A stretch of 64,000 nt of DNA from positions 32,001-96,000 of the forward strand of contig CAVSGI010000009.1 of assembly GCA_963727445.1 (NCBI GenBank), written 5' to 3'. This DNA comes from an uncultured delta proteobacterium (GTDB taxonomy: Bacteria > Myxococcota_A > Polyangia > Polyangiales > B10-G4). The notes under the pieces were generated by a model. That model saw nothing but the letters and a program-made list of their open reading frames with translations, did no database searches and was not told the DNA's origin. This document shows positions 57,649 to 64,000 of the stretch, in pieces. Numbering within the stretch: the first letter of the stretch is position 1; the number at the start of each line of letters is the position of its first letter. The translations under genes and the position numbers were made by a program.

Positions 57649-58757
57649 GGTATCTCGACGAGTATCGTGACTCGGCGGCGACGCGCGCCGTGGTGGAGGA
57701 GATTCGCCGCGTCGCCACGCGACGCTGGGTGGTCATGGAGGTCTGTGGCGGGCAGACCCACAGCATCATCAGGCACGGAATCGACGGCCTCCTCCCCGAC
57801 GAGGTCGAGCTCTTGCACGGGCCTGGATGTCCGGTGTGCGTCACCCCGCTCGGGGCCATCGACCGGGCCCACGCCATCGCCCGTCACGAGGACGTCGTCT
57901 TCTGCACCTTCGGTGACATGCTGCGCGTGCCCGGCTCGCAAGGAGATCTGCTCGCGCTCCGCGCGGAGGGGGCCGACGTCCGGATCGTCTACTCCCCGCT
58001 CGACGCGGTCGCGCTGGCGCGCGAGCTTCCGGATCGGCGCGTGGTCTTCTTCGCCGTCGGCTTCGAGACGACGGCCCCAGCGAACGCAATGGCTTTGGCA
58101 GTTGCGCGCCGCGAGGGGCTGACCAACTTCAGCGTCCTGGTGTCGCACGCGCTGGTCCCGCCGGCGATCGCCTCGATACTGCAGGCGCCCGACAACCGCG
58201 TTCAAGGCTTCTTGGGTCCAGGCCACGTGTGCACCGTGATGGGCACCGGCGAGTACGAAAGCCTCGCACGACGCTTCGAGGTCCCCATCGCCATCACCGG
58301 CTTCGAGCCGCTCGACCTCCTGCACGGCTTGCTCACCGTCGTTCGGAGACTCGAGCGCGGCGAAGTCGCGGTCGACAACGCCTATGCGCGGGCCGCTCGG
58401 ATCGGCGGCAACGAACGGTCGAAGCAGCTCATGGAGGAGGTGTTCGAGGTCTGCGACCGAAAGTGGCGCGGCATCGGGAGCCTGCCCAAGAGCGGCTATC
58501 GACTCTCCTGGGAGTACCGCGCACACGACGCCGAGCGGCTCTTCGACGTCGCCGACGTCGACGCGGAGGAGCCCGCCGTTTGCATCAGTGGACAGGTCCT
58601 GCGCGGTTTGAAGAAGCCGGATCAGTGTCCGGCGTTTGGACGCGAGTGCACCCCCGAATCCCCACTCGGCGCGACCATGGTTTCGAACGAAGGCGCGTGC
58701 GCCGCCTACTATCAATACGGGCGCATCGTGCAGCTGGAACGGAGGCCGGTGCCATGA
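57645..58757 (+). CDS. hypD: Hydrogenase maturation protein HypD
   Basis: [32 protein letters not shown]. Confidence 0.96.
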   Translation: MRYLDEYRDSAATRAVVEEIRRVATRRWVVMEVCGGQTHSIIRHGIDGLLPDEVELLHGPGCPVCVTPLGAIDRAHAIARHEDVVFCTFGDMLRVPGSQGDLLALRAEGADVRIVYSPLDAVALARELPDRRVVFFAVGFETTAPANAMALAVARREGLTNFSVLVSHALVPPAIASILQAPDNRVQGFLGPGHVCTVMGTGEYESLARRFEVPIAITGFEPLDLLHGLLTVVRRLERGEVAVDNAYARAARIGGNERSKQLMEEVFEVCDRKWRGIGSLPKSGYRLSWEYRAHDAERLFDVADVDAEEPAVCISGQVLRGLKKPDQCPAFGRECTPESPLGATMVSNEGACAAYYQYGRIVQLERRPVP

Positions 58758-59350
58758 GCATCCAGAGTCTCAGCGGTGCGGCGGTGCGAAAGGCCGACGA
58801 GAGCGCCCGCACCATCCGAACCTTCGTCGAGGCCGAGGGCCGAGGTCTCGCCGAGTGCGCGACCGCCATCGCTGGTCGACTCCGTGAAGGGGCCGGCATC
58901 TTCACGATGGGCAATGGGGGAAGCGCCTGCGACGCCCAGCACCTCGCGGTCGAGTTCACGCACCCCATCCTGGAAAAGCGTCGCGCGTTTCGCGCCCAGG
59001 CCTTGTGTACCGACACGACGCTGCTCACCGCGGTCGGTAACGACGAGGACTTCTCCCTGGTCTACGCGGCGCAGCTCCGACTTTCTGCACGGCGAGGAGA
59101 CATCGTCTTCGCGAGCTCGACCAGTGGGTCGTCCGCGAGCATCAATCGCGGCCTGAAAGTGGCCGAGGAGATGGGACTCTTCCGCGTGGGCCTCAGCGGC
59201 AAGGACGGTGGTCGCATGGTCGACTCGTGCGATCACTGCTTCACGGTCCCCAGCTACAGCATTCACCGCATTCAGGAGTGTCACGTCGTCTTGCTGCACC
59301 TCCTGTGGGACCTGGTGCACGTCGCGCTCGGAGAGGAGGACGTGCTGTGA
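58754..59350 (+). CDS. gmhA: SIS-domain GmhA-like protein
   Basis: [23 protein letters not shown]. Confidence 0.82.
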   Translation: MSIQSLSGAAVRKADESARTIRTFVEAEGRGLAECATAIAGRLREGAGIFTMGNGGSACDAQHLAVEFTHPILEKRRAFRAQALCTDTTLLTAVGNDEDFSLVYAAQLRLSARRGDIVFASSTSGSSASINRGLKVAEEMGLFRVGLSGKDGGRMVDSCDHCFTVPSYSIHRIQECHVVLLHLLWDLVHVALGEEDVL

Positions 59351-60396
59351 GTGGCGGTTCCGGATGGGTCTGCCCGACGCCTGTCGGTCGATACGAGAGC
59401 GTCGTGATGGGACACGGGAGCGGCGGACGCCTCAGCGCACGGCTCCTGTCCGAGGTCATCCTGCCCGCACTCTGTCCGAACGTGGGCGCGCTGGAGGATC
59501 AGGCGACCGTCTCCGTAGCGGAACTCTCGCGCATCGCGATCACCACGGACTCGTTCGTGGTCGATCCCATCTTCTTTCCCGGTGGTGACCTCGGATCGCT
59601 GGCTGTGAACGGAACGGTGAACGACCTCGCGGTCGGCGGCGCTCGCCCGCACGTCCTTTCCGCGGCGTTCATCCTCGAGGAGGGGCTCCCGCTCACCGAG
59701 CTCGAGCGCGTCGCCGAATCGATGAGGGAGGCGTGCGCGGCGGCTTCGGTGCGCGTCGTGACCGGAGACACCAAGGTCGTGCAGAAGGGGAAGGGTGACC
59801 GTCTCTTCATCACCACCACGGGGATCGGAATCGTCCCGGACGGGCGCCAGCTCTCCGTCGAGGACGCACGGCCTGGTGATCGGGTGATCGTCTCGGGGAC
59901 CCTGGGAGACCATGGCATCGCGATCATGTCGGTGCGTGAGGGGCTGAGCTTCGAGACGGCGCTCGAGAGTGACTGCCGGCCGCTCTGGGACCTGTGTCAT
60001 CTGATGCTCGAGACCTGTCCCGAGATTCGCTTCATGCGGGATCCGACGCGGGGAGGCCTCTCCAGCGTGCTGAACGAGCTCGCCGCGGGGTCGAAGGTCG
60101 GAGTCCGCCTCGACGAATCGGCCCTGCCGCTGCGTGACGGCGTTCGCGGCGCATGCGAGTTGCTCGGCCTCGATCCGCTCTACGTCGCCAACGAAGGCAA
60201 GGTGGTGGCCGTCGTTCCCGCCGCGGATGCCGAGGAGTTGGTGGCCGTGATGAGAATGCATCCGGATGGTCGGGATGCGACATGCATCGGCGAGATCGTC
60301 GATGCACACCCAGGAATGGTGACCATGACGACCACCATCGGTGGGGAGCGCGTCGTCGCCATGCTCTCGGGTGAACAGCTGCCGAGGATCTGCTGA
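59347..60396 (+). CDS. hypE: Hydrogenase maturation protein HypE
   Basis: HGSGG, TTDSFVV, GTVND, RDPTRGG, terminal LPRIC. Confidence 0.96.
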   Translation: MSGGSGWVCPTPVGRYESVVMGHGSGGRLSARLLSEVILPALCPNVGALEDQATVSVAELSRIAITTDSFVVDPIFFPGGDLGSLAVNGTVNDLAVGGARPHVLSAAFILEEGLPLTELERVAESMREACAAASVRVVTGDTKVVQKGKGDRLFITTTGIGIVPDGRQLSVEDARPGDRVIVSGTLGDHGIAIMSVREGLSFETALESDCRPLWDLCHLMLETCPEIRFMRDPTRGGLSSVLNELAAGSKVGVRLDESALPLRDGVRGACELLGLDPLYVANEGKVVAVVPAADAEELVAVMRMHPDGRDATCIGEIVDAHPGMVTMTTTIGGERVVAMLSGEQLPRIC

Positions 60397-61452
60397 ATGT
60401 CCGACGACAACTCTCTGCGTTCAGAACCCGACGTCACCGAGATCGACGTGATCTGGGTGACGGCTGGCCTGAGTTGCGATGGCGACACCATCGCGGTCAC
60501 TTCGGCCACCCAGCCCGCGATCGAAGACGTCATCGCAGGCTCGATCCCCGGCCTCCCGCGGGTGCGGCTTCACAATCCGGTCCTCGCATACGAGACCGGG
60601 GACGACTTTCTCCGTGTGATGCACGACGCCGCCGCCGGACGGCTCTCACCGTATGTGCTCGTCGTCGAGGGGTCGATCCCCAACGAGGCGGTGAGCGGCG
60701 ACGGCTATTGGGCTGCGGTCGGCAACGACCCCGAGACCGGTGAGGCGATCCGGACGACCGAGTGGATCGACCGGCTCGCCCCGAATGCCCTCGCCGTCGT
60801 CGCCATCGGCACCTGCGCAACCTACGGGGGGATTCCCGCCATGAGCGGCAACCCCACGGGCGCGATGGGCCTGCCGGATTATCTGGGTTGGGACTGGAAG
60901 AGCAGCGCTGGCATCCCGATCGTCTGCGTTCCCGGCTGTCCCGTGCAGCCGGACAACTTCATGGAGACGCTGACCTACCTGCTCTTTCAGGCCGCGGGAC
61001 GAGCGCCCATGATTCCGCTCGACGAAGCGCTGAGGCCGACCTGGCTCTTTTCACTCACGGCCCACGAGAGCTGTGACCGTGGCGGCTTCTACGAGTCGGC
61101 CGACTTCGCCACGGCCTACGGCCGATCCCAGTGCATCGTCAAGCTGGGCTGTTACGGCCCGGTGGTGAACTGCAACGTGCCGCGGCGCGGATGGATCAAC
61201 GGCGTGGGCGGTTGCCCCAACGTGGGCGGCATCTGCATCGGCTGCACGATGCCCGGCTTCCCCGACAAGTTCATGCCCTTCATGGAGGAGCCACCGGGCG
61301 CGAAGATGTCGTCGACCGCGGTCGTGATGTACGGCCGCACGGTGCGCGCGCTCCGAAAGTTCACGCAACAGCAGTTGAACAAAGAACCGAAGTGGCGCTC
61401 GCCTGGCGACACGCTCACGACCGGCTACGAGCCACCGAAAGAACAGTCATGA
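60397..61452 (+). CDS. hhyS: Group 1h [NiFe]-hydrogenase small subunit (no Tat signal)
   Basis: GLSCDGD, GTCATYGG, PGCP, GGCPNVGGICIGCTMPGFPD. Confidence 0.92.
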   Translation: MSDDNSLRSEPDVTEIDVIWVTAGLSCDGDTIAVTSATQPAIEDVIAGSIPGLPRVRLHNPVLAYETGDDFLRVMHDAAAGRLSPYVLVVEGSIPNEAVSGDGYWAAVGNDPETGEAIRTTEWIDRLAPNALAVVAIGTCATYGGIPAMSGNPTGAMGLPDYLGWDWKSSAGIPIVCVPGCPVQPDNFMETLTYLLFQAAGRAPMIPLDEALRPTWLFSLTAHESCDRGGFYESADFATAYGRSQCIVKLGCYGPVVNCNVPRRGWINGVGGCPNVGGICIGCTMPGFPDKFMPFMEEPPGAKMSSTAVVMYGRTVRALRKFTQQQLNKEPKWRSPGDTLTTGYEPPKEQS

Positions 61453-63218
61453 GCAACATCGTGGACATGTCTTGGGATCCGATCACCCGCATCGTCGGCA
61501 GTCTCGGGATCCACACCAAGATCGATTTCGCGAACCGCGAGGTGAAAGAGTGCTGGAGCACCTCGAGCATCTTCCGCGGATTCAGCGTCTTCCTTCAGGG
61601 CAAAGATCCCCGCGACGCTCACTTCATCACCAGCCGCATCTGCGGCATCTGCGGCGACAACCACGCCACGTGCTCGATCTACGCCCAGAACATGGCCTAC
61701 GGCGTCGTCCCGCCTCCGCTCGCCGAGTGGATCATCAACCTCGGCGAGGCGGCCGAGTACATGTTCGACCACAACATCTATCAGGAGAATCTGGCGGGGG
61801 TCGACTACTGCGAACGCATGGTGTCCGAGACGAACCCCTCGGTGCTGGCCCTGGCGGAGAAGACCGAAGCGCCGCACGCCGACGTTCACGGCTACCGGAC
61901 GATCGCGGACATCATGCGCGGGTTCAATCCGTTCGAGGGTGAGATCTACCGTGAAGCGCTGCACGTCTCCCGCTACACGCGGGAGATGTTCTCGCTCATG
62001 GAGGGGCGCCACACGCATCCCTCATCGCTCTATCCGGGGGGCGTCGGGACGGTGCCGACGGTTCAGGTGTTCACGGACTATCTCGTGCGGCTCACCAAGT
62101 ACTGCGAGTTCCTGCATCGAATGGTCCCGCTGCACGACGACCTCTTCGACTTCTTCTACGAAGCGCTCCCCGGATACGAGGAGGTCGGTCGCCGGCGCGT
62201 GCTGCTCGGCTGTTGGGGCAGCTTTCAGGACCCGGACGTCTGCGATTACAGCTACGCGAAGATGGCCGACTGGGGTCGGGCGATGTACGTGACGCCGGGT
62301 GTGGTGGTCGATGACGAGCTGGTCACCACGGACCTCGTGAAGATCAACCTCGGCATGAGGATCCTCCTCGGCAGCAGCTATTACGACGACTGGCAACAGG
62401 GCGAGCGCTTCGTCGAGCAGGACCCGTTGGGGAACCCGATCGACATGCGACATCCGTGGAACCAGACCACCATACCTCGACCCCAGAAACGCAACCTCGA
62501 CGACAAGTACACCTGGGTCGTCTCGCCGCGGTGGTACGACGACCGTACGGACGAGCATCTCGCCCTCGACACGGGGGGCGGCGCGCTCGCCCGCTTGTGG
62601 GTGACCGCGCTCGCGAACGAGGTGGACATCGGTTACGTCCAGGCGACGGGAAAGAGCGTCAAGATCCGGCTCCCCAAGACCGCCGCCCAGCCGGAGCGCG
62701 AGCTCGAGTGGCACATCCCGAAGTGGAGCAACACCATCGAGCGCAACCGCGCCCGCACGTACTTTCAAGCGTTCTCGGCCGCCGCTGCGTTCTACTTCCT
62801 GGAGAAGGCGCTGGCCGAGGTTCACGCCGGGCGTACCGATACCTCCGCGCCCTTCAAAGTCCCGGAGGAAGCGATCGGCTGCGGCTTCCACGAAGCGGTT
62901 CGTGGGGTGCTGTCCCACCACATGGTGATTCGCGACGGCCGTATTGCGAACTATCACCCCTATCCGCCCACCCCCTGGAACGCCAGCCCCAGGGACAGCT
63001 TCGGGACGCCGGGCCCCTACGAGGACGCGGTCGCCGGGACCCCGATCTTCGAAGAGAACGGACCCGACGATTTCAAGGGGATCGACGTCATGCGAACCGT
63101 GCGCAGCTTCGACCCCTGTCTGCCCTGTGGCGTTCACATGTATCTCGGTGACGGCCGTGAGCTGGACGTCCCTCACTCGCCGACCTTCGGCGTGCGTTTC
63201 GCGAAGGAGATCGATTGA
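61449..63218 (+). CDS. hhyL: Group 1h [NiFe]-hydrogenase large subunit
   Basis: L1 TSRICGICGDNH; L2 SFDPCLPCGVH; WDPITRIVGSLG. Confidence 0.94.
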   Translation: MSNIVDMSWDPITRIVGSLGIHTKIDFANREVKECWSTSSIFRGFSVFLQGKDPRDAHFITSRICGICGDNHATCSIYAQNMAYGVVPPPLAEWIINLGEAAEYMFDHNIYQENLAGVDYCERMVSETNPSVLALAEKTEAPHADVHGYRTIADIMRGFNPFEGEIYREALHVSRYTREMFSLMEGRHTHPSSLYPGGVGTVPTVQVFTDYLVRLTKYCEFLHRMVPLHDDLFDFFYEALPGYEEVGRRRVLLGCWGSFQDPDVCDYSYAKMADWGRAMYVTPGVVVDDELVTTDLVKINLGMRILLGSSYYDDWQQGERFVEQDPLGNPIDMRHPWNQTTIPRPQKRNLDDKYTWVVSPRWYDDRTDEHLALDTGGGALARLWVTALANEVDIGYVQATGKSVKIRLPKTAAQPERELEWHIPKWSNTIERNRARTYFQAFSAAAAFYFLEKALAEVHAGRTDTSAPFKVPEEAIGCGFHEAVRGVLSHHMVIRDGRIANYHPYPPTPWNASPRDSFGTPGPYEDAVAGTPIFEENGPDDFKGIDVMRTVRSFDPCLPCGVHMYLGDGRELDVPHSPTFGVRFAKEID

Positions 63219-64000
63219 ACACTCCGGGCGAGGACTTCGACCGCGCGATGCAACGCATCGAGTCGTCCCTCGAGCGCCTCGATGCGCTTCCAGAGTCTCT
63301 CGAGCAGCAGATCGCTCGAGAGCTGGTCTCTGCGCTGCTCGACGTACATCGAATCGGGCTCGCGCGGATGAAGGCGCTGGCCGAGAAAGCTGGAGAGCCG
63401 GGCCGGCGCATCGCGACCGCGTGGGCGGATGACCCGCGGGTTGCCGCGCTCTGGTCGATGCACGAGGCCGAGGAGGCGCCGGCGCCGGGAGAGGAGCTGG
63501 TTCAGCTTCGAGTTCCTCACGACGCATCGCCGCCGGCGGAGGTCCACCCGGAACATCGCTGCGACATCTGTGGTCAGGCGCTCCCCGATGAGCACGCCCA
63601 CATGCTCGACAGAGAGGCACGGTCGTTGTCGTGTGTGTGCCGGACGTGCGGACCCCTCTTCCTCGCCGACGGCGCGAAACGACGGTCGGTATCGCCCCTG
63701 GCGGTCGAGCTATCCGACTTCCGAATCGACGACACCCGCTGGCGCGCGTTCGACCTGCCCATCGACCTCGCGTTCTTCAACCGAGCTCCTTCAGGCGAAA
63801 TCGTCGCGCACTACCCGAGCCCGGTCGGCACCGTCGATGCCGTCGCACGCGCCGAGGCCTGGGGCGCGCTGGAGCGCGACAACCCCGTCTTGTCCGACGC
63901 CGACCTCGACGTCAACGCCCTGCTGGTCCACCGGCTCGGAGCGAACCGCGAGCACTTCCTCGTATCCATCGACAAGTGCTACGAGCTGGCCGGCCTCTTG
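63215..64000 (+). CDS. Hydrogenase accessory protein (helical domain plus DUF5947-like Cys domain), runs off the window
   Basis: Hand translation from TTG 63215: ARELVSALLDVH...CDICG...EHAH...CVCRTC...LPIDLAFF...YPSPVG. Confidence 0.75.
   Translation, partial: MNTPGEDFDRAMQRIESSLERLDALPESLEQQIARELVSALLDVHRIGLARMKALAEKAGEPGRRIATAWADDPRVAALWSMHEAEEAPAPGEELVQLRVPHDASPPAEVHPEHRCDICGQALPDEHAHMLDREARSLSCVCRTCGPLFLADGAKRRSVSPLAVELSDFRIDDTRWRAFDLPIDLAFFNRAPSGEIVAHYPSPVGTVDAVARAEAWGALERDNPVLSDADLDVNALLVHRLGANREHFLVSIDKCYELAGLL

Noticed and set aside
58754..59350. gmhA as a sign of an LPS heptose locus
   Set aside because: It is embedded between hypD and hypE with no other heptose genes; such SIS genes are known in group 1h clusters

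Overview
High-GC bacterial window; gene content (DUF1592/DUF1552 pair, TIGR02266-like PilZ, Cys-lipoproteins, sorting-tail matrixin) suggests a myxobacterium (inference). Left to right: (1) 1-3610, a minus-strand operon of 9 atypical tRNAs (8/4-type Ser, short-arm Leu, Arg-GCG, Ala body with a 6-nt anticodon loop) with an HNH nuclease, an ABC1 kinase and a probable Y-RNA-like gene cut by the edge; its leader has a promoter, uORF, antiterminator/terminator and boxA. (2) A halogenase-containing aryl-polyene-type type II PKS cluster in two blocks (3.7-8.2 and 15.4-22.8 kb). The gap holds crtE, a DUF1592/DUF1552 pair and a three-gene operon (repeat-core lipopeptide, ferritin-like diiron enzyme, AMMECR1 fusion) that looks RiPP-like. 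(3) 24-48 kb, c-di-GMP signalling genes around a fleQ-like/flhF-fragment/flhG/fliA/flgM cassette, with about seven sigma28-like promoters but no flagellar structural genes in view; also a kinase-Thg1 fusion plus ATP-grasp operon behind a second uORF attenuator. (4) 47.8-56.9 kb, PilZ-GNAT, halogenase, desaturase and V4R-like hybrid kinase: a candidate lipid signal synthase/receptor cassette. (5) 57.6-64 kb, a group 1h [NiFe]-hydrogenase cluster. About 13 single-base frameshifts in 10 genes suggest assembly indel errors. All calls are by-eye motif recognition; no searches or folding programs were run.
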